Shown one piece after another: positions 28,901 to 37,013 of a stretch of DNA of 64,000 nucleotides. This DNA comes from Candidatus Delongbacteria bacterium. GTDB lineage: Bacteria > CAIWAD01. The notes under the pieces are model-generated. The model was not told where the DNA came from and ran no database searches. It worked only from the letters and a program-made list of their open reading frames with translations. Numbering within the stretch: the first letter of the stretch is position 1; each line of letters opens with the position of its first letter. Position numbers and translations under genes: made by a program. The DNA lies in NCBI GenBank assembly GCA_963663545.1, contig OY760505.1, positions 2,368,001-2,432,000 of the forward strand. Direction: 5' to 3'.

Positions 28901-29903
28901 TGAAGCTCCTGTGAGTCGGACTCACGCGTACGATCCTATCGACGGGCAGGAAGAGTATCACGGAGTCAGCCTGAGTTACGAACAACCGGGTCCACTGATC
29001 TACCGTGGTACGCAACCGCTTGCCAATCAGGAAATCAGTGCTCGATTCATCGTTCCGGTTGATTATTCTGGAGCGCCTGGAAATGGTCGCATTCGTATGT
29101 ATTACAACGGTCAGGATGCTACTGATAGCCATGGCGAGGGTGTCGTGTATTTCGATGGTTTTGCGTTTGACTATAATCCCGATCCCGAGAGTGACACACG
29201 GGCGCCCGATGTTGGTGTCACGTTCAATGGGCCGCAGTGGCGACCCGAGGACTGGATTGCTGCGAACAGTGCACTTATTGTGCAAATCAGCGATAGCAGC
29301 GGCATCAACATCACGGGAGAAGCCGGACACCGTATCGAACTTACCCTGGATGGCGGCCAGCCCATTGATCTGACAGAGTTGTTTGAATATGACGCCGAAA
29401 GCTGGATGAGTGGACAGGTTGTCAAACAACTGCCGCAGCTTGATCCTGGACGACACGAGCTCCAGGTTCGTGCCTTCGACAGTTTCAACAACCCTGGATA
29501 CGCAGAGAGCGAGTTCTACGTTGCCAGTGAGGAGGCCATATCACTTGCTGCAGTGGTCAATTTCCCGAATCCGGTAAAGGAGACAACGCAGTTCACCTTT
29601 ACGGTAAGCGGTGTTGTTCCGGATGCATTGGACGAAGTGACTCTGTCGGTTTATACTCTGCGAGGAAGACGTGTAGCACGCCGGACTCTTGATGTCTCCG
29701 GGTCAAGTGCGCTGTATTACAGCGAGGCGTGGGAGCCCCGTAATGATCACGGTGATCCGCTGGCGCGTGGTGTTTACTTGTACCGATTGGAGCTTCGCAT
29801 TGATGGCTTCAGTTATTCACTCCTTGACGATTATGGTAACTTCCAGAACTACCAGATCGGATCACAAACGCTGGCTGGACAAGGCAAAATGATCGTGGAG
29901 TAG
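25923..29903 (+). CDS. porU: PorU-like C25 (gingipain-family) peptidase, copy 1
   Basis: Signal peptide and propeptide; WLRIPVTEEGLY, FKLYSYGG, YVLLVGNGHYDYR, LGRLP and FVADDE; catalytic YMGHG and ATC; YLGDP; VRAFDSFNN; C-terminal NFPNP...LARGVYLY..KMIVE. Confidence 0.85.
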   Translation: MQSFRRPILILLTLLFVLLHGRALATADAAQLQAGGLYPDLQLLQSDESGVEFVLRLVVEDPIADAEGGYLPRMRGVGQETNPQRSLHIALPRGVTPRLRLLNQISYTLPGPVSGCEFKGQNPLPLLSERVTQFDDLRELRVDLNLLRTSSSTSRIVRELHLRVDFERGAVASPGSLSRLRPDELRMHFLNAHQIGAWAEPRSLLREGATVWDGDTWLRIPVTEEGLYVIQPSMLSTLGLDPASLDPTTFKLYSYGGRQIDVSPISERAQQYDPHEVPMIRELDLSSGFSGQERLLFYGRGTHGLANLSDGTLRHYSHDYTDTNYYYLLVGGVQAGLVMDELEAGFVSGATTIEQAHWRGVIQEHKNVADTGSAYWYGDEFQGSGSYEYTFSCPAITNGQLKLDWEFWYELGGSTQRIQFALDGVEMGASVRADSSVYNFLEVTRSLSSGDHRVRASLYSSNGLRLLMQYLVLSYDTEPCFVDGELRFESPSNPGKYHYQISSYPANAYVMDVTDYDSIRVIQSNSFSQSVSPITANSIFGRARLYYGAAESALRTPENVSIDSMPDLASEAGSSDLIVIAPDAYHDAMQQLVDYKNSSTATSARLVSLEDVYRKYNCGVVDPGAVRNFLLQEYEQQTPARYVLLVGNGHYDYRNLISGATPMVFPAWYIGNDMQDDFFVRVDADLHLGFSLGRLPANSVADAQAYVDKAIVYESGQAAGEWHNRLLFVADDEHWENGAVRSFEFTHSQDTESLIQEFVPEAFDTRRLYIFEYPSVYNPEIRVYEKPQAEERLLEELNNGVAMVSYMGHGNNTTWAHEYVFHQSKHLPLIQANDKPTIYLAATCSWAEIDLPIGQAMPLQLTNMPHGGAVGILAATRKTTGTSNYRMAEVIYSALFEYWNDATTPERITLADAMAAAKNDDTGYNNRALYLYLGDPSILPAFPSGSGVVEHLVSGNVESDTLLTTELAVIQARTSAGEQQNAVLEGEASVLVREAPVSRTHAYDPIDGQEEYHGVSLSYEQPGPLIYRGTQPLANQEISARFIVPVDYSGAPGNGRIRMYYNGQDATDSHGEGVVYFDGFAFDYNPDPESDTRAPDVGVTFNGPQWRPEDWIAANSALIVQISDSSGINITGEAGHRIELTLDGGQPIDLTELFEYDAESWMSGQVVKQLPQLDPGRHELQVRAFDSFNNPGYAESEFYVASEEAISLAAVVNFPNPVKETTQFTFTVSGVVPDALDEVTLSVYTLRGRRVARRTLDVSGSSALYYSEAWEPRNDHGDPLARGVYLYRLELRIDGFSYSLLDDYGNFQNYQIGSQTLAGQGKMIVE

Positions 29904-30028
29904 ATCTGCACAACTGCTACTGAGTTCCGCTGAATTTCTACAAGATGAGTCCATGCATTCCAGTGCCGGAGCTGTTTCGGCTTGGTTTGCTCCTTCTCAT
30001 CCCGATGTGCTTTCAAGAGAGGTGGCAG

Positions 30029-33000
30029 ATGAGATCTATACATGTCAGCCTGTTGATGCTGGTTCTTTCTCTCTTCCTTGTATCACATGCTTCACCATTG
30101 CAGAGTAGCACAGGCCTGAGAATCGGGGGTCCGCACAAGGATATTCAACTGACACGTAGTACTGAGAGCGGCATTGAGTTTGTATTACAACTGGATGTGG
30201 GAAAGGCGTACACGACTGAGCAGGGTGAGCTGATGCTCAACTTGCCGGGTGTGTTCGATGATACGGAACCCCTGCGCGTCCTGCACATTGCATTGCCGCC
30301 CGGATGTGATGCGCAAGTGCGTATCCTTAAACAGTCCAGTATCGCAGTACCCGGCGCCGTTTACGCTTGTCCATTCCAAGGCCGCAATCCGCACCCACTG
30401 GTTGAGAAGCGAATCGTGCAGATAGGCGATTTACGCGCCTTGAGACTGGACCTCAATTTACTGCGAACGAACTCCGGCAGCAGTCGACTTGTGCAAAGTC
30501 TGCGGGTCGAAGTGGATTTTGTTGCACGGGTGGCGCAGACTTCAGGCACGTATAGCCGTCTGAGTAAAAGTGAGCAGCACAGCCAGTTTCTAAACGGCTA
30601 TCAGATTGGCGCCTGGGCCATGGCGCGGAATCTCCGGCGTACTTCCGCTCCTCAATGGGATGGTGACACATGGTTGCGCATTCCCATCAAGGCAGAAGGT
30701 TTGTACCTCATCGACGCCGAAATGCTTGCAGCGCTTGGATTGGAGACAAGTAGTCTGGATCCATCCAACTTCAAGCTGTACAGCTATGGTGGTCGCGTGA
30801 TTGACAACGACCCGATGTCTGATAGGGCACAACAGTATGCACCGAACGAGATTCCCATGATCCGGGAGCTCGATGCAAGTCCAGGATTTTCGGATACTGA
30901 GCGTTTGCTTTTTTACGCCTATGGTGATCAAGCCTACTACCATTTAAGCGATGGTACGCTAGACGCAGAAACGCATCAATACTGTGATACGAACTACTAT
31001 TACCTGCTGGCGGGAGGCGCTCTGCCCGGGCGTAGCATGCAAGTGCTTGGCATGAGCAGTGGTACTGATGTCCAGTATCTTGACGAGTGTTATTGGCGCA
31101 CGGTGATACAGGAGCGCAAGAGCTACACGGGGACGGATCCCAGCATGTGTTTCGGGGATGAACTGCAAGGCATGGGCAGAGTGGAGGTCGAGATTCTCTG
31201 TCCATCAGTGATACAAGGACCTCTGCAGCTCATACCACGCTTTAATTGTGAACTGAATGCTCATAGTCAGCTCGTGCAGTTCGATATCGATGGCGTACCA
31301 CTAGGAGAGCCGGTTCACGCTATCCCCTCTGCCACTTTGGAGTACTTGTGCAGCCTTAGCCCCGGTGTTCACCGTCTTGGCCTGCGCCTGGTTTCTGGAA
31401 CTGGGGACCGCGTTTCTGTGAAGAAGCTAACGCTGGGCTACATGACGCCGCCCGCATTCATTGGAGGTGAGCTGCACTTTGAAAGTCCTGATGAGCCAGG
31501 CGTGTATCACTACTCCATTTCGGATTACTCTGCGGATGCATATGTGCTGGATGTTACGGACTTCGACAGCATTTCTGTGATACAGTCTTCGCAGTTTGTG
31601 GATCGCGTGGAGCCGATACTTGCTAATAGTCGTCTTGGACGCGTGAGACGCTATTTCGGAGCTCGCGAAAACGCTTTGCGCCGTCCCGAAGGAATTAGCC
31701 TGGATGCCATGCCGGACCTGTTTCGTGACCTGGGAAGCAGTCAGCTCCTGGTGCTGGCACCAGAGTCGCTTCTCGAATCGCTTCAGCCACTCATTGACTT
31801 CAAGAACAACAGAACTAGTACCAGTGCACGAATGGTCAGCCTGGAAAGCATTCTTTGTTCTTTCAACTGTGGTATCACAGATCCAGGAGCTGTTCGCAAT
31901 TTCTTACTGCAAGAAGCTCGAGCAGATACGCCAGCGCGCTATGTGCTTCTTGTCGGTAACACGCATTACGACTATCGGGGGCTTCTTAATGATGCACTGC
32001 CGCTAGTGTTTCCGGCGTGGTTCAGCGGCTCTGTGATGTACGATGAGTTCTTTGGCAAGGTGGATGAGTCGGAGCTGATTCGATTTGCGATTGGCCGGTT
32101 GCCAGTATCCTCCGCATCGGATGCCCAAACATGCGTTGAAAAGATCATCTCCTATGAAAGTGGGGAGTACACAGGCGACTGGCATAATCACCTTGTGTTT
32201 GTTGCCGATGACGAGCACCGAGAAGACTATACTGCTTCTGTTGGCGAGTATCGGCATAGTCGTGATACAGAGAGCCTAATTGCGAACTGTGTCCCGGCTT
32301 CCTTTGATGTCCAGCGCCTGTATTCGATCGAGTATCCAAGCGTCTACAATCCTGAGATTCGGGTTCACGAAAAGCCGCTGCTGGAGCAGGAGTTGTTGAG
32401 CGCCATCAATGCGGGAGCAGTCCTGATTAATTATACGGGGCATGCCAACATCAACACATGGTCGCACGAGTACATCCTTCATCAATCGAAGCACTTGTCA
32501 CGTATCACGACAAACAACCATCCTGCCATGTACATGGCATTGGCGTGTGAGTGGGCCGAAATCGCACAGCCAGCAGGCAGAACCATGTCGCAAGAGCTGA
32601 TGTGCAAACCCAATGCGGGAGCCATTGCCGTAGTAGCGGGCGCTGCACCGACAAACGGTCCGAACAATTTTAATATGGCTGTCCCTTTGTATTCGCAGCT
32701 TTTCCGGAGTCGTGATACGGATGAAGAGCAGATTACACTGGCTGAAGCTCTGCGCTATGCAAAGAATGAGAACATCTTCGACAGCAATCGTAGCAAGTAC
32801 TTGTATCTGGGTGATCCAAGCCTCCGTCCAGCATTCCCGGCTGGCGGGGGACGCGTGACACAAATCCTTACTGGCGGAACTGAGTCCGATACCTTGTTGA
32901 CGACGGATCTAGCTGTGATACAAGCGCTAACATCGAGTGCCTCTTCTGGACAAGCTGTTTGCTCAGGGATTTCCCAGGTGGTAATACGTGAAGCTCCGGT

Positions 33001-33991
33001 TCAACGCGAGTACATCTTTGATCAACCAGATGGCGGAGCTGGTGAGAATAGTGTGCTATTCAACTACAGCAAGACTGGGCCGCTACTCTACCGTGGGCAG
33101 TTGCCGGTTCAGGATCAGTGTATTACAGCACAGTTTATCGTGCCCAAGGACTTTTCCGGAATGGCCGGAAATGGACAGATTCGCATGTACTACAAGAGCG
33201 ACGATCCGGATCACGCGGATCAGGACGGTGTGGTCTACAGCGACGCCTTTACAGTCGATTTTCATCCGAATCCGCGAAGTGATACACAGGCACCCGGGAT
33301 TGCTGTCTATTTCAATGGTCCGCAGTGGCGGCCAGAGGACTGGATCGCACCAAACAGCAGCCTGATTGTGCAGATCAGCGACAGCAGCGGAATCAACATT
33401 ACGGGTGAAATCGGACATCGCATTGAACTGGTGCTTGATGGAGCACAGCCCATTGATCTTACACCTGATTTCGTGTACGACGAGGGAAGCTGGACTTCCG
33501 GTTCGATCAGCCGCCAATTGCCCGTAGTAGAATCCGGGTATCACGAGTTGCGGCTTCGCGCCTTTGACAGTTTCAACAATGTCGGCTATGCCGAAAGTGA
33601 GTTCTATGTGGTCGAAGAGGGCCCGATTGCACTTGGCAGCGTTGTGAATTTCCCTAATCCGGTGAAAGCCCAGACGCAGTTCACTTTCTGCGTCGACGGT
33701 GTTGTTCCTGAGGCGATGAATGAGGTGATTGTGAGCGTTTACACTCTGCGCGGTCGACGTGTAGCACGCTGTAGCCTCGATGTCTATGGAAGTGGAGCGT
33801 TGTATTTCACTCAGGATTGGACGCCGCGAAATGATCACGGTGACACACTGGCGCGCGGTATCTATCTCTATCGGCTCGAAGTCCGCTTACCAGGCTTTAC
33901 ATATTCCTTGCTGGATAGTTACGGAAACGCGCAAGTGCAGCAAGTAGATGCGCACAATCTCTGCGGTGTGGGAAGGATGATCGTGGAGTAA
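30029..33991 (+). CDS. porU: PorU-like C25 peptidase, copy 2 (tandem paralog)
   Basis: Colinear with copy 1 along its full length; catalytic YTGHA and LAC. ATG 30029 after GAGAGG. Confidence 0.85.
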   Translation: MRSIHVSLLMLVLSLFLVSHASPLQSSTGLRIGGPHKDIQLTRSTESGIEFVLQLDVGKAYTTEQGELMLNLPGVFDDTEPLRVLHIALPPGCDAQVRILKQSSIAVPGAVYACPFQGRNPHPLVEKRIVQIGDLRALRLDLNLLRTNSGSSRLVQSLRVEVDFVARVAQTSGTYSRLSKSEQHSQFLNGYQIGAWAMARNLRRTSAPQWDGDTWLRIPIKAEGLYLIDAEMLAALGLETSSLDPSNFKLYSYGGRVIDNDPMSDRAQQYAPNEIPMIRELDASPGFSDTERLLFYAYGDQAYYHLSDGTLDAETHQYCDTNYYYLLAGGALPGRSMQVLGMSSGTDVQYLDECYWRTVIQERKSYTGTDPSMCFGDELQGMGRVEVEILCPSVIQGPLQLIPRFNCELNAHSQLVQFDIDGVPLGEPVHAIPSATLEYLCSLSPGVHRLGLRLVSGTGDRVSVKKLTLGYMTPPAFIGGELHFESPDEPGVYHYSISDYSADAYVLDVTDFDSISVIQSSQFVDRVEPILANSRLGRVRRYFGARENALRRPEGISLDAMPDLFRDLGSSQLLVLAPESLLESLQPLIDFKNNRTSTSARMVSLESILCSFNCGITDPGAVRNFLLQEARADTPARYVLLVGNTHYDYRGLLNDALPLVFPAWFSGSVMYDEFFGKVDESELIRFAIGRLPVSSASDAQTCVEKIISYESGEYTGDWHNHLVFVADDEHREDYTASVGEYRHSRDTESLIANCVPASFDVQRLYSIEYPSVYNPEIRVHEKPLLEQELLSAINAGAVLINYTGHANINTWSHEYILHQSKHLSRITTNNHPAMYMALACEWAEIAQPAGRTMSQELMCKPNAGAIAVVAGAAPTNGPNNFNMAVPLYSQLFRSRDTDEEQITLAEALRYAKNENIFDSNRSKYLYLGDPSLRPAFPAGGGRVTQILTGGTESDTLLTTDLAVIQALTSSASSGQAVCSGISQVVIREAPVQREYIFDQPDGGAGENSVLFNYSKTGPLLYRGQLPVQDQCITAQFIVPKDFSGMAGNGQIRMYYKSDDPDHADQDGVVYSDAFTVDFHPNPRSDTQAPGIAVYFNGPQWRPEDWIAPNSSLIVQISDSSGINITGEIGHRIELVLDGAQPIDLTPDFVYDEGSWTSGSISRQLPVVESGYHELRLRAFDSFNNVGYAESEFYVVEEGPIALGSVVNFPNPVKAQTQFTFCVDGVVPEAMNEVIVSVYTLRGRRVARCSLDVYGSGALYFTQDWTPRNDHGDTLARGIYLYRLEVRLPGFTYSLLDSYGNAQVQQVDAHNLCGVGRMIVE

Positions 33992-33992
33992 G

Positions 33993-35072
33993 CTATGGCT
34001 GTTCTTGAGATTGCCGACACTCGCGCAACAGCGCTTGAAGACGTTCGTAGCGCTCGGTGAAGCGGTCTCGGTTCTCTTTGGAAACGTCAAGCGATATTGC
34101 GCGCTCCCCCACTGCCAATGCCGCTTGCGGGCCAAAAAGCTGCAAAGCAACCTGGCTTTGCTTCTCGAGGCAAAGGAATTCGTTGACGTGGTTATTGTGC
34201 TTTGCCTGCGCAAGCTGCGCAAGTATTGTGTTGTAGCACGCATCGGCCTCGTGAAAGCGTCGTGCAGCCAAGAGCGCATCTGCATAGGGAAATAGAAACA
34301 GACGACTTCCAGGATACTGCTGCAGCCATTTCTCACATAACTCGATGGCCTCCTCGTATCGCTGCATTTCCATCAGCATCCACGCCAGATTGGAGGCTGC
34401 AACAGCGGGATGGAACAACCCGTTATGCATCGCCTGTGATACAAGTGCAATACTCTCTTCCCGCTCGTCTCCAACAAAAGGCAACCAACCGAGTTTTACA
34501 GATCGCCAGAAACGGTAGCTGCCCGTCGCCAGGAGGACATCGCTGAAATCCGGGCATTCGGCTTCGACTTTCGCCAGGAGCTTTGCACCGTGCAGGCCAT
34601 CGCTCATTGCGCGGAGATATTGCTGCCTTCGAGTAGCGTGATACGCGTACCAGGAGTCCAGGCATCCCTCGATGTAGTCCAGCAGCAACGAGGAGTCACC
34701 TGCATCGCGTCTTTGATCCACCAACTCGCGCGCCTTGTCCAGCCCTGCTAGAAAGCCCTCCTCGCCACGAAAGCTCTCTTCGTCAACCATGCGATAGTTG
34801 ATTACAGATGCGTAATAGAGCCAGTGCTCCGGCTGATCTGGGCGTGCTGCAACGAGAGAGTCAACAATTGCCTGTGCGTCTGCAAAATCCTGCCTGACGC
34901 AGTACTCGATCGCACGATTGACGGTCTTGATTAGCAAGGAGTCGGGCGCGCAATGCGAGGTCGAAGCCGGGGACGCATTTAGAAGCACGACAAGCACTGC
35001 CAGCAGGCATGTTGTCATCCCACTTGTGGTGCTGCGATGCTTCATGTCGAAATGCGGTATCCAGCGCAGCAT
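33993..35072 (-). CDS. Secreted TPR-containing protein (start may be 35045 or 35018)
   Basis: Hydrophobic signal CLLAVLVVLLNA; TPR-like helices; GSYRFWRS..LPFVGDE motif. Confidence 0.7.
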   Translation of the reverse strand: MLRWIPHFDMKHRSTTSGMTTCLLAVLVVLLNASPASTSHCAPDSLLIKTVNRAIEYCVRQDFADAQAIVDSLVAARPDQPEHWLYYASVINYRMVDEESFRGEEGFLAGLDKARELVDQRRDAGDSSLLLDYIEGCLDSWYAYHATRRQQYLRAMSDGLHGAKLLAKVEAECPDFSDVLLATGSYRFWRSVKLGWLPFVGDEREESIALVSQAMHNGLFHPAVAASNLAWMLMEMQRYEEAIELCEKWLQQYPGSRLFLFPYADALLAARRFHEADACYNTILAQLAQAKHNNHVNEFLCLEKQSQVALQLFGPQAALAVGERAISLDVSKENRDRFTERYERLQALLRECRQSQEQP

Positions 35073-35078
35073 GCGCCG

Positions 35079-35720
35079 CTATCCCTCATCCGATGAAAAC
35101 ATGGTGCCAAAAATGCGATCGCCAGCGTCTCCCAGGCCAGGCAGGATATAGCCTTGGCTATTGAGTTCGCGATCCATCGCTGCTCCGATGATCGGTACGT
35201 CGGGATGGCATCGGCTCAATTGCTCAACACCCTCAGGCGCTGCCAATACACAGACGAAGCGCAATCGCGCGGCTTGACGTTCTTTCAAGTAGCTGATTGC
35301 AGCACACGCTGTGCCACCCGTAGCGAGCATTGGATCCAGAACGATTAGCTCGTGGCGGGCTAGGCTGGCCGGCAGCTTTTTGTAATACACGACTGGCTCA
35401 AGGGTCTCTTCATTGCGGTACAAACCCAGATGAGCGACAGCGGCAGTAGGCAATAGGCGCGAGAAGCCATCCACCATGCCTAATCCGGCTCGTAGGATGG
35501 GAACTAGCATCAGGGGACGGGCGAGGCGGTAGGCGCGCATCTGCTCAAGCGGAGTTTCCACCTCGTAAGCTTCCGTTTCCAAGTTCGCCGTCACAGTCGG
35601 AACCATTAGACTGGCGATCCGCTCGATCAGATCCGCAAACTCTGTGCAGGAGGTCCTCAGATCCCGCGCACGACCCAGATAGTGGCGGATGAGCGGGTGT
35701 TCGACAAGTTGTATACTCAT
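35079..35720 (-). CDS. upp: Uracil phosphoribosyltransferase
   Basis: HPLIRH, ETPLE, VPILRAGLGM, RNEETL, LDPMLATGGT and YILPGLGDAGDR. Confidence 0.96.
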   Translation of the reverse strand: MSIQLVEHPLIRHYLGRARDLRTSCTEFADLIERIASLMVPTVTANLETEAYEVETPLEQMRAYRLARPLMLVPILRAGLGMVDGFSRLLPTAAVAHLGLYRNEETLEPVVYYKKLPASLARHELIVLDPMLATGGTACAAISYLKERQAARLRFVCVLAAPEGVEQLSRCHPDVPIIGAAMDRELNSQGYILPGLGDAGDRIFGTMFSSDEG

Positions 35721-35867
35721 GCTTCTTCCGAATTGACCTTCGAACCTATTACATCCAACTCGTCCAGGCAATGCCAGCCCCTCAAGCGGGCGGGTCTTTT
35801 CTGCGTATTGACCAAAGGTAGAAGGGCGGCTAGCCGATATGGAAGAAAATAAGACCCGGGAGCGCCT

Positions 35868-36845
35868 GTGTTTCAACAGCTAGAACTGAAATCCCGCTAT
35901 CAGCCCAATGGCTTGCGTGTAAAACTGGAGACGCCTCTTACGCTGGAGGCGAACTTCGACGAGCGACTGTTGCAGGTTCTTGACGAGATAACTGCGGGGC
36001 GCTACGGCGATGAACTCCCGTCTCTGGCCGGATTAGCGACGGAAGTGCGCGATCAATACCACACCTATAGCCTGGTTCGTTTGGCGAAGTGTGATAGTGA
36101 GTGCTTGTTCATGCTGATGGCAGCTTTGGCGGCTCGGCTTTCAGCGCGTCTAGGTGCAGCGGATAGCTCCCTTGAGTTGGATCAACCGGCGCCGGATGAG
36201 CTGGTGATGAGGTTTCAGCCCGGTCATGAATTTCTTCATCCGTTTTCTATGCTCTATGCTTCCAGCTTGGTTTCAAGCTTGCATCGGAATCCACAATTTG
36301 AGCCACGAATGGCCCATCTTTTGGAGGTGGCCCAGTTATTTTTCCTGAAAGAATATTCCCTATCGACAGATGAGAGGGCCTTGCACAATCTTCGTGGTAA
36401 GTACTCACAAGAGACAATTAACAGTTTTGTGAATCTGATTCATCCCGATCCTGCGTTAGTGGAGAACCAGTTTTCTAGCATTTTACTGTTGGAAGATAAC
36501 GCGGATTTAGTTGAAATTGTTGGAGATATGCTTTCGAGTTTTGGCTATGTCGTCTATTGTGCCTACGATGGAATGCAAGGATTAAAATTGATGGAAAAAC
36601 TTGCATTTGACCTCGTAGTCAGCGACATTCAAATGCCGGGTTTAGATGGCTTGAGTTTTTTACAAGTTCTGCGGAACTTAAAGCCATCGGTACCAGTAGT
36701 AATCACGACTGGCTTCACTGGGATCTGGCGGAAAGAGGATGTGATAAGCCGCGGAGCGGTTGCCTTTCTGCCGAAGCCCTTCCGAATGGAAGACTTGATT
36801 GGGACAGTGCAACAGTCGTTGATGCCGGAAGGATGCCGGCACTGA
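35868..36845 (+). CDS. Response regulator: C-terminal receiver domain with unrecognised N-terminal domain
   Basis: ILLLEDN...DLVVSDIQMPGLDG...ITTG...FLPKPF. Confidence 0.85.
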   Translation: MFQQLELKSRYQPNGLRVKLETPLTLEANFDERLLQVLDEITAGRYGDELPSLAGLATEVRDQYHTYSLVRLAKCDSECLFMLMAALAARLSARLGAADSSLELDQPAPDELVMRFQPGHEFLHPFSMLYASSLVSSLHRNPQFEPRMAHLLEVAQLFFLKEYSLSTDERALHNLRGKYSQETINSFVNLIHPDPALVENQFSSILLLEDNADLVEIVGDMLSSFGYVVYCAYDGMQGLKLMEKLAFDLVVSDIQMPGLDGLSFLQVLRNLKPSVPVVITTGFTGIWRKEDVISRGAVAFLPKPFRMEDLIGTVQQSLMPEGCRH

Positions 36846-36873
36846 ATTTGACCCCTCTCTTAGCTGTGTGTTT

Positions 36874-36918
36874 GCAAGTGGCCCGCACTTCCCCAGTGTT
36901 GGGCCGCTTGCGCTTTTT
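36874..36918 (+). terminator. Putative terminator after the response regulator
   Basis: Hairpin gcaagtggccc...gggccgcttgc followed by gcttttt. Confidence 0.55.
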
Positions 36919-36949
36919 GTCCATGCAGCACGCATCCGGCAACTCTGTA

Positions 36950-36981
36950 AACAGAGGGGGCCGTCCGAAGACGACCCCAAA
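36950..36981 (-). terminator. Hairpin with cUUCGg tetraloop downstream of the TonB-dependent receptor
   Basis: The minus strand reads ggggtcgtc-ttcg-gacggcccc-ctctgttt. Confidence 0.45.
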
Positions 36982-37013
36982 GAGTTCGTAATGATTTGCG
37001 CGCAGTTCGCTTG

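Noticed and set aside
25923..33991. Duplicated region considered as a DGR template/variable repeat or an assembly duplication
   Set aside because: Divergence spans the whole gene and all bases, is not adenine-specific, and there is no reverse transcriptase. The copies are far from identical.
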